NCBI GenBank assembly: GCA_951406725.2
Contig: OX597825.1
Location: 63,736,001 to 63,800,000 of the forward strand
Origin: Octopus vulgaris
Taxonomy: Eukaryota
Length of the DNA: 64,000 bases
Direction: 5' to 3'
The translations under genes and the position numbers were made by a program. This document shows positions 1 through 10,760 of this stretch, one piece after another (position 1 is the stretch's first letter; each line of letters begins with the position of its first letter). Under the pieces are notes generated by a model, which was given only the letters and a program-made list of their open reading frames with translations, did no database searches and had not been told where the DNA came from.

Positions 1-180
1 GCGCTTACGCATTTTCTATGAATATTGTTACTTCTGTACTTTTTTACTTTCTCCCCTTCTGTTTTTTCCCTTATTTAACGGTCATTCTAATAACACTTTT
101 GTCTTAATAATGGTCAATTACATAGTAATTTCCCTTTGTTTAACGGATATTTTCATAGGATTGTTTCATTGCCTCGAAAA

Positions 181-250
181 CTGACGAGATGCCGGAGCAG
201 ATTTCCACCCCGACATCCGAAACTCGGAATTTTATTATGGCAACCGAATA
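181..250 (+). ncRNA. Degenerate hammerhead-ribozyme-like motif (Penelope-type terminal repeat remnant)
   Basis: CTGACGA (181-187), stem II GATGCCGG/CCGACATC (one mismatch), C-GAAA-C, then TCGG...CCGA-ATA. Stem I is poorly supported. Confidence 0.4.
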
Positions 251-352
251 ATTATCACCTACAGATAAATTCCTCTCTTTACATATCGAAGTCTAAATCA
301 TTCTTTTGTTGTCTTACCATTATTATTAATAAAAAATATAAGTATATGTGTG

Positions 353-396
<44 letters not shown>

Positions 397-879
397 AGTA
401 GTATGATAAATAGACAAAAGGAAATATCTCTACATGCGAGCATTCCCGTCAGAATTTTGCTGACACCAGCATTCTATGTTTCTAAATTTGACACAGCATT
501 TAATATTGTTCATAGCATGCAATACATAAAAAACTGTGACAACCAGCGTGCAAAACCGTTGGTAATAAGATAATTTCCTGCAGACGACGCTGGTGTATTG
601 TGCATTCAAATGAACTGGGTAACTGACTTGAGACATAGTTCAATTATTAAGTATTGATCTCCAGACAATATATAACGCACAAATCGGAATCTGGCTTGCA
701 ATGAGATTAAATGTAAGAAGAAAATAAAATAGAAAAGCAATGAATTATATAACCAATTGCATTTTGTAAATGCTGATAGATTTGTGTATCTTCAAATAAA
801 ATCTAAACGGATAAACAAAATTATGTTTTTTACGACATATTATAAAACGTCAATATGAGGTAGGTACAATATCACTCCA

Positions 880-1150
880 AATGGCCAACATTAACTTGAA
901 GAAGAGAATTTCAATGACTGTATACTGATAATATTTTCTTAAACAACAATATTATTCTCAACAACAGGAACTGGATTATTCTTTATCATTTAAGACTCAT
1001 GTAAACAAACCTTGGATAACAGTGTCTACAAGTACAAATACGATTTTGAGATATGGTGTTTATATCAAATTTAATCATACTTCGTCTTGAAAGACAGGTT
1101 TTCTTATTCATAAGGTTTCTGGAGTCTCTTTTGTTAAATCTCTGCATTAG
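880..1150 (+). mobile_element. Possible highly decayed Penelope-like RT C-terminal fragment
   Basis: Fragmentary translations LDYSLSFKTHVNK and YGVYI resemble the PLE RT thumb region. Many stops and shifts. Confidence 0.25.
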
Positions 1151-2164
1151 GTAATAACTCTATTAAACATACATCGAGTTGTCTCGGAGGCTTCTGTAGG
1201 GGGATAAATCAGTTAAGAACGGTTGTTCCAGGAAATGTATATATATAAATGATCTAACTTAAATTTTTTCAATAGATTGGATTCCAAAACACTGGAGGAA
1301 ACTACAATCAGCTCTCTCTAACCATATCAGAAGTGAATATTACATAATATATTAATATATACAGAAAGACCTACGGTCAAGGCTGAGCATGCAATTAATC
1401 ATATTTTCTCTGCTTCTTTGGTAGAGTATGTGACTACAAGTTAGTTATTAAATTTCTATATATTCCTTTTATTTCCGTATGGTATTTGCTATATTTCTAA
1501 TAGAAAAACTTCGTAACTGTTAATATATATATATAATTTCATACATGCTATACATACATCAAGTACTCAAATAATGGCATTTTACCTGCGTCTGCACTTC
1601 ATGTACGACACCGATGCTTCTACATATATGTGACAGACACCGGTAGCTGTTTCTATATGTTCATGTTATAGTAATTATTGTTTATTACTCCCGTTCTAAT
1701 TTTAATCTGTTTGAATGATTATAAGCTGTTTGTGCTGTTTGAAGAGTATTAATTGATATGGCAGATTACCATGCAATAGAGCTTTTGATGTTTGTAAAAA
1801 TACAATATCGCTGTAACTTAATTTGATTGGATACAATGTAATCAAGTATATGCAAATGTAGGGAAAATATTCCTTTCGGAGTTATAAAGCTTGCAAATTG
1901 AAACAAACCGAATTACTGAGCTACCAGCAGAGGAAGAAAATGGTTAATTCCTAATACCGGAACAACATTCTCTATCCCTTATTTGCAGATTTCACATGAA
2001 TGTTGATACAACATACTCAGCTATACAATATGGTGTCATAAATTTGAATTATTACCTTATGGAATGAATTACTTTTGACTATTGTCTGTGTATATATCAC
2101 TAAATTACAAATATATAAACAATTCTACTAATTTCTTACTGTCTATAGAGTTTATGCTTTTTCT

Positions 2165-2365
2165 TGTATTTCTTTTATTTGTTTCAGGCATTTGACTGCG
2201 GCCATGCCTGAGCACCGCCGATTGCATCGACCTCAGTGCGTAACTGGTACTTAATTTAACGACTTCGAAAGGATGAGAGGCAAAGTCGACCTCGGCGGAA
2301 TTTGAACTCAGAACGTAACGGCAGACGAAATACCTCGAAGCATTTCGTCCGGCGTGCTATCATTT
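2165..2365 (-). mobile_element. SINE fragments (family C body joined to a family A tail piece)
   Basis: Reverse complement matches the family C motif TTACGTTCTGAGTTCAAATTCCGCCGAGGTCGACTTTGCCT seen at 59202+ and in the 42975-43195 copy. Confidence 0.75.
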
Positions 2366-2786
2366 GGGTTCCGCAAGTCAACCACATTATACTTCTATTG
2401 CAACTCTCACCTTTACTGTATTGTTCCTACATCCTGTCCTATCACCCATTCCACAGAAATACACTCCGGTTATCTTAATTCACCAACAAAATTCCAAGAG
2501 CAGATTTGACAAAATATCATATTTGAAAGATGTAATAAATTCTGAACAATTTGATGATGAAAGGAACATAAGCGTAGGCTTTATATAGCCTGGATGAATA
2601 TATTTACATTATTCTATAAATCGCATTTAACTGTTTACGTTATTGTTTTCAATGAAGCCCAGTAATACCTTATATAAATATAAATACAAATCCTCTCTCC
2701 CCTTTCAAAGGCTTTTGAACGGGTGGAGTTATACTTGCTTTGCTCTTTGTTCCAAAACTGAATGCGCAGTCTCTCTCTTTTTCTAT

Positions 2787-2817
<31 letters not shown>

Positions 2818-3369
2818 CTCTTTTACTCTTTTACTTGTTTCAGTCATTTGACTGTCGCCATGCTGAAGCACCGCCTTTAGTCGAGCAAATCGATCCCGGG
2901 GCTTATTCTTTTGTAAGCCCAGTATTTATTCTATCGGTCTCTATTGCCGAACCGCTAAGTTACGGGGACGTAAACACACCAGCATCGGTTGTCAAGTGAT
3001 GTTGGGGGGACAAACACGGACACACAAACATACACGCACACATACATATATATACATATATACGACGGGCTTCTTTCAGTTTCCGTCTACCAAATCCACT
3101 CACAAGGCTTTGGTTGGCCCGGGGCTATAGCAGAAGACACTTGCCCAAGGTGCCACGCAGTGGGACTGAACCCGGAACCATGTGGTTGGTTAGCAAGCTA
3201 CTTTATTTCAAAACATTTGCCATAAAGGCAGTACACAGATTAAGTTAGCTTTGCGGGCTGGACGAGGACATTAATGAAGTGAATGATAATGAAAGAAAGA
3301 TGATAAGGATCGGAGAAGACAAAAAGCGCCCGCCGACTTTCGCTTCTCTAAAACATTGTTCTTTTTAAA

Positions 3370-3520
3370 GATAAACACAAAACGAGGTATTAAAACTCTT
3401 ACAATTTTCCCAATTTTTGGACTTAGCAGTCCATTATTAATAAAAATAAACACAAAACGAGGTATTAATCCTCTTACAATTTTTCAATTTTTGGAGTTAG
3501 CAGTCCATTACTAATAATAA
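3370..3520. repeat. Two-copy ~77-bp tandem duplication in the 3' UTR of the ORF1-only element
   Basis: ATAAACACAAAACGAGGTATTAA...CTCTTACAATTTT...TTAGCAGTCCATTA occurs twice in tandem. Confidence 0.9.
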
Positions 3521-4766
3521 CAGTTCAATGATTACATATTCCTCGAAATAGCTTGTGCCCGCGCCCTCCACCATCAACCACGCCTCCCTCAGAACGTAAT
3601 CAAGTTCCGAGTTGGCGTCGCCCGGTACCAAGTTATAATCTTCATTGAGCTCCTTTAGCCCAAGCGTCACGTCGAACGCCACGGCCTCTACAGCTACCTG
3701 CGGAGGCCATTCGGGGTCCTGTGTGAAGGCTAAAGGAGCTCCCTTGTAGTGCTCTTCCATCACTTTTTCAATTTCTCCTCCTCTATAGAAGAGGACCAAT
3801 ACGTTCAGTTCTTTCGTTGGCGGCACAGTTCCCGCCAACGGTATTCCTTCTCTTGTCGGTGGCACAACCCCAACCGACGTAGTTCCGGGACATTCCGGTG
3901 CTACACTGACAGCCGGTAATGTCCCGTTTTTCTTCCTCTTTTTCTTTTTTTTTCCCTTTTCAACTGAGGGAGGGTGCGTATCCTCCGTGGCTGGAAGATT
4001 TGCCTTCCTCTCCTCATCCCTATTATCTTTTGGTGAGCACCCATTGTTGCTTACCTTCCTCTTTCGGCCTCTGTTTGAGGAGTCCTCTGATTTCTCGGCC
4101 GTTATCATTCCCTCTTCTAGAGGGGTTTTACTTAACTGTTCCGGGATCCTATTTTGTTCCCGGGGACAGTCCTTCTTTATGTGGCCGGACTCCAAGCACC
4201 GATGACACTTAGGGGGGCGACCCTCAAGCATCACCGGGTATCTGCACCCGGCCATTTTCAAAAAATCTGGAAGAACCAGGTCGGCTGATTGGGTCCACAG
4301 GGTCAAAATTGCTTTTGACCCAACCCAAGCAGCCGCAGGAAGAACTTTTCATTAAGGAGCTTAGTTTCGCTGCCACCCAGACCCCGGCGGATAGTCTCCT
4401 CTATCCACTCGGGTTCTATGTCGGGTGGCAGTCCGCAAATCCAAGCTTTCATCAATTTCTTTTTTTGTACGTGGGCAGGAATAAGATTTCCTTACCCTCC
4501 AGGGGTTTGCTAGCAAATTTGCAAGCCTCTTCAGGAGTGTCAAATAGCAACCACACCATTGCATATTTGACACCCCTGGAAATGAATTTAATTGTTGGCA
4601 AATACTCTTCCAACTCCTTTTCAATTGCCGTCTTTTCGAATAGGGCGATGGTGTCGAGTGCCTTGGAGTAGGTTCTCAACACCACCGTCCTATCTTCACG
4701 GTCTTTTAACCACTTTTTAGGCGGTATGATCTCCCATTCCAAAAGTTTGTTTTTTTTCGTTGCCAT
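3497..4766 (-). pseudogene. L1/Tx1-like ORF1 protein (RRM-like N-terminus, CCHC zinc knuckle, basic low-complexity linker), about 423 aa after correcting two frameshifts
   Basis: ATG at 4766 in AAC-ATG-G context. MATKKNK...TVVLRTY...AMVWLLFDTPEEA...FLPTYK, shift near 4460 to KLMKAWICGLPPDIEPEWIEETIRR, shift near 4350 to KVLPAAAWVGSKAILTLW...LPDFLKMAGCRYPVMLEGRPPKCHRCLESGHIKKDC (CX2CX4HX4C). Confidence 0.8.
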
Positions 4767-5518
4767 GTTTTTTTTTTGTTTTTATTTTCGTTTTTTTTTT
4801 TTTTAAATGTATTCAGAATAAAACTAAAAAACGAGAAGAAAAGGAAATCAGAAGAAAGTCACAGTGAAAAAAGGAGAGAGTCAAATAAAGTTAAAAAGAA
4901 AGTCAATAACACAGCAAAAACCTTCTGGCCATTTGGTACTCCCGGCCTAAATTGAACCAGGAACGCACAACTTCCACAAAAATTGGTGTAAAATTGGTAA
5001 AAATTGTTCAAACTTCGGAGGCAAAATACTCCCCTATATAGTAGTTTTCACAATTCATAAAAGTTCTTCACAGCACAATACAATTCTCACAATTACGTGA
5101 GAAAAATATTTACTCAATTTATCGAAGACGGATACGCCCCCCAAAATTTTCTCAGTGAGAAAAATATATTTGCCACATGTCGGCAGAATCAGAATTCTGA
5201 ATCCAGTAGGACTTCCTGCCTGTAAAAAGCAATTCTCAACAAAAACTCCCACTGGACCCAGAAAACAGAATCTTACCTTACATGGGGCTTCCAAAGTTTT
5301 CAATTCAAGACGGCTTCAATAGCACGTCTTCACCGCTTCAGTGCCAAACACGACACTGACTCGCACATGCGCAGAAGCAACCGTTAGCAAGCTACTTACC
5401 ACACAGCCACTCCTGCGCCTATATATATATATATATATATAAAGACAGAGAGAGAGAGTGATACACATATACAAACACACACACGCACACACACACAAAT
5501 GCACACACATATACACAC

Positions 5519-6376
5519 ATGGTGTGCTGAATAAACTGTCGTCTAAATTACGAGAAAATGAAAATAACGCTAACTCATTTTTCAAGATTACACGGAAATA
5601 TCTTGAAATACTAAAGAATAAATTTGCTCAATAACATCGCAATTAGCTTCAACCACCGCCTCGAGACGACTTCAGAATTTCCTGCCACTCTTCTGAACGG
5701 TCTCCTTGTTCAAGTTGGTGAATGTTGTAATAATCCTTGCTTTCAGTTCATTTGTGGTGTTAGAAGGAGTTTTGTTGGTGTTTCGTTCAACTACACATAA
5801 TAATCAAGTGGGTTGTAATCTGGGGAGGTAGGTGGCCGAATGTTTGGGGAGATGTGGTTGCAGACATTGTTTGACAACCATGACCGGGTTCTTCTGATTG
5901 TGTGACATGGTGCAGAGTCATGTTGCTAGACATAAGGTCTTCCAGCCGCCATCCCCTTGACCTAGGACAGAACTACCTCTTCTAGGTACTTGATGTAGGC
6001 AACTGAGTTGGGCTTCAGGCCATGTGGGAAGATGAATGGAGGCATAACGTCGCCATTACTAGCGATCACTCCAAACACAATGATGGTGACTGTGTGTTTG
6101 ATTTTTATCACTCTCGGTACATGTCTGGACAGATTGCACTGTCGACACGTTGACATCCAAACATTTGAAACGTTCAAATCGGAGATTGAGGCGCGAATGC
6201 TAAGTAGTAGAGTATTCTGTTCCCAAATCCTGGCAGAGTGGATAGCGTCATGGTGCTGTTTTATTTCACACACAGTGCCCAACTAAACCTATTATACTGC
6301 GTGTAGTCGACAAAGAAAATGAGTGAGCATGCACGAAATTATAAATATATATAATTGCGACAATTTATCCATCGCA

Positions 6377-6381
<5 letters not shown>
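5519..6381 (-). mobile_element. Decayed, internally deleted maT (DD37D) Tc1/mariner-superfamily transposon
   Basis: Translates ...VFGVIASNGDVMPPFIFPHGLK...PYV*QHDSAPCHT...PPTSPDYNPLDY, with 37 residues counted between the two Asp. Degenerate TIRs (GTGTGC-GAATAAA-TGTCG) at both ends. Confidence 0.8.
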
Positions 6382-6430
<49 letters not shown>

Positions 6431-6459
6431 ATATGTATATACATATTTATATACATATT

Positions 6460-6960
6460 GTTGTTGTTTTGACCCCCTTCGGTCATGCATGGCCATGGGT
6501 TTGCCCCTACAAAGTTACCCTCCGTGGCACAAGTCTTGGCAAGGTTCTTTATGGAAGACCAGCAGTCACCCACGCATACCAGCCTCCCCTCTCACGCCAC
6601 TGATGTTATCCAATGGAAAGGCAAAGGCCGATATAACTTGGCAGGAGGGACGTCGCAGCTTATTTATTAACGTGTAAGTGGCTGAGCACTGCACAGTCAT
6701 GTGTACTCTTAAGGAAGTTCTCGGGGAGATTCAGCCTGACACAGAGTGTGACAAGTCTGGCTCTTTAAAATACAGGTACAACAGAAACAGGAAGAAAGAG
6801 TGAGAGAGAAAGTTGTAGTGAAAAAGTACAGCAGGGTTCACGACCACCCCCTGCCAGAGCCTCGTGGAGGTTTAGGTGTTTTCGCTCAATAAACACTCAC
6901 AACGTCTGGTCTGAGTATCGAAACCGCGATCCGACGACCTCGAGTCCTAACCACTGGGCC
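6460..6960 (-). mobile_element. SINE family B copy with an additional repeat-derived 3' segment
   Basis: 6670-6960 is the reverse complement of the 15041/34906 SINE body. Confidence 0.8.
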
Positions 6961-6978
6961 GTATATATATTTATGTTT

Positions 6979-7065
<87 letters not shown>

Positions 7066-7074
7066 AATAAAGAT

Positions 7075-7500
7075 TATATATAAAGAAACAAGAACGTGAA
7101 ATACACAAACGGACGAACACAGAAAACAGACGGGTCATTCGAAGCCTTTAATCTTCAGTCAGAAACCGGATCATCATAGCAAATTTCGGCTGATTAATTC
7201 TGATATTTGATCCAACGCGTCCAGCCCCAAGGAAAAACTAAGCTGTGGGCATTAGATTTCTTGGAAATAGGAACGAATGTAAACGCAACAGGGACGAATA
7301 TAAATACAAAAAAACGAAAAAAAAACAAAAATAAAAACAAGAATGGTTAATAACAGGATAACAGCAGGTGTCTTACGACTTTAGACAAAATGAGACAAAT
7401 ATAACTTATCTAGCAGGCGTGTAGGAAAAAATTGCCTTTTCGGCAGAGGGGGAACGATGTTGAGCGAGCTGCGGTCACCAACGAAATGGCTTGTTAAGCA
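7075..7500 (-). repeat. Interspersed repeat, homologous to 27385-27510 (+)
   Basis: Shared TAATCAGCCGAAAT..GC...GATGATCCGGTT..TGACTGA.GATT....GCTTCGAATG.CCCGTC. Confidence 0.65.
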
Positions 7501-7771
7501 GCAGGTAACAAGAGGGTAGAGAGAGAGAGAAAGAGAGACAGAGAAAGAGAGACAGAGAGAGAAGGAATTAAAGAGGGTGGAAGACAGAGGGCACCGAGGA
7601 TTGACCAGGTCACGTGAGAATAAGAGAGAGGGAGAAAGAAGGAATTAAAGAGGATGGAAGGAAGAGGGGGGAAGAGACAGAGAGCGCCAAAATAGCTTGA
7701 GGAAGACAGAAGTGAGGTATAGAGAAAGTATTTAGAAGTCGTACAAATGGATAAAATATATATAGACAACA

Positions 7772-7982
7772 TAAATGCGCCTTATTAAAACCTACCCATG
7801 CTCATGGGCCCAGTTTCCCGGTTTCTATGGCGTATGTGTTCCCCAGCTGGACGGGACGCCAGTCCATCACAGCATTACTCATTTTTGCCAGCTGAGTGGA
7901 AAGGAGCAACGTGAAATGAAGTGTTTCGCCCAAGAACACAACGCGTCGCCCGGTCCAGGAATCGAAGCCACAAAGCCACGTT
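7772..7982 (-). mobile_element. SINE with family-B-like head and a different body/tail
   Basis: Reverse complement GGCTTCGATTCCTGGACCGGGCGACGCGTTGTGTTCTTGGGCGAAACACTTCATTTCAC resembles the family B B-box region. Confidence 0.65.
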
Positions 7983-7985
7983 CTT

Positions 7986-8046
<61 letters not shown>

Positions 8047-9224
8047 TATATTTATCCATATATATATATATATATAGACATCTATATATGTATGCATGTA
8101 TGTGAATATATATATATATATATATATGAGGATATACAGCCATATACTCTCACACACACATACACGAGATGCAGATGTAAATTTTATAAGTATTTCATTC
8201 GTTTATTGGGTTGAGATTGAAAACATCAGATGTTTTACTGAAAAACAAACGACGAATCTTAATATATAAATAAAAACGAGTATCATTGATATCGATCTCT
8301 TAGATAAATTAGTGTAATGAGAAAATGAAAGGATTCATTAGCCCATAAGCAATTTGAGCGCTGGGAAAGAAGGTCACAAACAATAATACTTATCTGAGAA
8401 CTTTATTTTGAATACTAAATTTTGTTGTTGTTTTTCTTTTCTTTCCTTTCAGAGCATTCACTACACCACCAGTGACACGTTGTTATATCAACCCCAAATT
8501 TGTAAGAAATGGTAATTAGTCCTTATTAGATAAACATTATGTTGTAGCATCCTGGTTAAATACTATTATATTATTTGTTTTGACTAGCCATTGAAGATGC
8601 AATATAGTGTACATACACATAGTTTGGGGACCTATTAAGGTTGTTACTGCTTAATGCGTTGGGCAAGTAGTTGGTATCATATACATCTACATTACGTTAG
8701 GAACAACATACGTGTGTGGAAAATTGTAGACAATTTCATTATATATATATATATATATATTTATTTATTTATGTATGTATAAAAGTAGACAAGGCACCAA
8801 TATTTACTGGAAAATAGCAATCGATATATATACGATGGTGTTGTATAGCTTCACTGCGTATATACTAGAAGAGACGTGTGTGTGCAACAAACATGAAAAA
8901 TGAATTGTCTCACCTCTAGAAAGAACATTCGATAAATGGACAACCTAGAATCGGATAATGCAGGACCGGTTTCTAACTCTTCAAATACGTTTGACAACGT
9001 AAATTTGATTAGTCTTCATCAACTGCATTTACCTAGACACAATTTCAAATGTTGCTATATCAATGCCAGTACACTCGTCTGAACGCCAAAACGTTAACAG
9101 AACGAGAACAGTGAAGAAGTTTCAATGAAAATAATAATGCAACACAAATGTATTACTTTCCAGTAATATATACATATAAAATTTCAGAATGAGATAAAAA
9201 TTTAAGGATTAGAATATTTATAAA

Positions 9225-9560
9225 TAGAAGGGCTTACAGCTGTTACCGGCATATCTTATAGATCTCTTCATAGGAGACGGTGTGAGAAAATGGTTAAGCG
9301 TTAGTTATTTTAGATAAGATATGAAATAGAAAGTGAAGTGGAGGAATGAAAACAGACGTGAGATATGCAGGGAGATTGTATTTGTAGATTCATTATTTAG
9401 GCAGAATGGTATGCATATAAGATTCCAATATTTTATGAGGAAAATCCAATAGTATTTAGAATTGGTCATTCCAAGTAAAGAGTTTATATACAGTGTTATT
9501 GAATCAAGGGTTTTATTTAAAGTGACTTAAAGTAGGTGATGTATTAGAAAGATCAAATCG
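9225..9560 (-). mobile_element. Probable Penelope-like 3' end with degenerate hammerhead remnant
   Basis: Minus-strand TLNKTLDSITLYI resembles a PLE C-terminus. It is followed by ATGAAGA...GGTAACAGCTGTAAG containing the palindrome ACAGCTGT. Confidence 0.3.
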
Positions 9561-9796
9561 AAAACAGGAATAGAGGAATAAAGAAAGAGAAAAAAGAGAC
9601 GAAAGAGAAACGAAAGAGAAGAAAATAAGAAGGAAAAATAATAATACAAATTATAAAAAATAAAAATAAAAAAGAAACAGCTGTAAGACCTATTTATAAA
9701 CGTTGTAAAATCTACAAAGCCTTGTTTTTTTATCTCATTACGAATAATAATAACTATCCATACATACATACATACATACATACATACATACATACA

Positions 9797-9827
<31 letters not shown>

Positions 9828-9939
9828 GTTTGTATATATATAGATATCAACATTTATTTAAATCTGAAATTATACATACAAAGTATTTAAGTGTTACGTG
9901 AATATTTAACCTCTAGTAAACATGCTCATTGCATTTTTC

Positions 9940-10760
9940 CATGCAAGGACCCTATTAGGCATATTACTGATAAGACGAATATTCTCTTGCGGAATGTCTT
10001 GCTACGTTTCATGCAGTAATCTCAAAAGATCTGGCTTTGAAGATGGTTTCTTGTTGTTTTTATGACGTTTCGTATCCATTATGCCCAAGCGGTGTTCAAT
10101 AGAGTTCCTATCTGGTGACTGGTGTGGCCATGGAAGCATTTTAATTCAATTCTTTTCCAACAAATCTTGGGTCATTTTAGCCTTGTGACAAGGAACGACA
10201 TCTATAAATAATGAGTCTTTTTGTAATCATCTCACCACCTGAGAAGATTGGATGAAGTTCTCACGCACCACTAGCTCTGATCGACCATTGATCCAAATTG
10301 TTCTCCAGACCATCACAGTATAGCTGCCATGTTTAATTATTGGCTGCAATCTTTTTACATCAAAATTTCATCATAGTCTTCACACCCACACCCGAACACT
10401 GTTAGAAAATACAGTAAATCTGGACTCATTGGAGAATATGACTGTATCCCAAAATGCTTGTAGCCTCTCTACCATTTCACTGGCTGAATCCTTTCTCTGC
10501 TTGTTATTGGCTGATTAAAGAAGTAGCTTCCTTCTTGCAGCTCTACCATAGTAACCAAGTTTGCGGAGATACCTGACAGCTGTTCTGGGACTGATAACAA
10601 TTTGTTTTGCTAAGCCAGGGACCTTGCAACGAGAATCATCTTCCACATTTCTCTGCTGATTTGCTTTGTACTTTGTGATATAAGGTTTACACCTTCAATA
10701 ATATGAGATTATACCAGGCATATTTTACTTCTTTTTTAATATCTAACGCAGGCGATGACT
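9940..10760 (-). mobile_element. Decayed Tc1-like transposase
   Basis: Motifs GYYGRAARRKLLL, FWDTVIFSNESRFTVF and WPHQSPDRNSIEH on the minus strand. Confidence 0.8.

Larger units (their letters stand above)
3204..5382 (-). mobile_element. ORF1-only non-LTR retroelement (HAL1-like / non-autonomous L1-Tx1 type) with 15-bp TSD
   Basis: Exact direct repeat GTTAGCAAGCTACTT at 3189-3203 and 5383-5397. No TIRs or LTRs. Single gag-like ORF. The 3' end finishes in an AATAAA that overlaps the TSD. Confidence 0.85.
2820..5421 (-). mobile_element. tRNA-derived SINE family A, split into body/tail (2820-3203) and head (5398-5421) by a 2.18-kb insertion
   Basis: Joining the two parts restores GGCGCAGGAGTGGCTGTGTGGTAAGTAGCTTGCTAACCAACCACATGGTTCCGGGTTCAGTCCC..., colinear with intact copies at 52054 and 60571. 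A/B-box-like motifs are present. Confidence 0.9.

Noticed and set aside
3497-4766. LTR-retrotransposon gag or host ZCCHC gene
   Set aside because: No LTRs, PBS or pol, and the 15-bp TSD and domain order fit a non-LTR ORF1.
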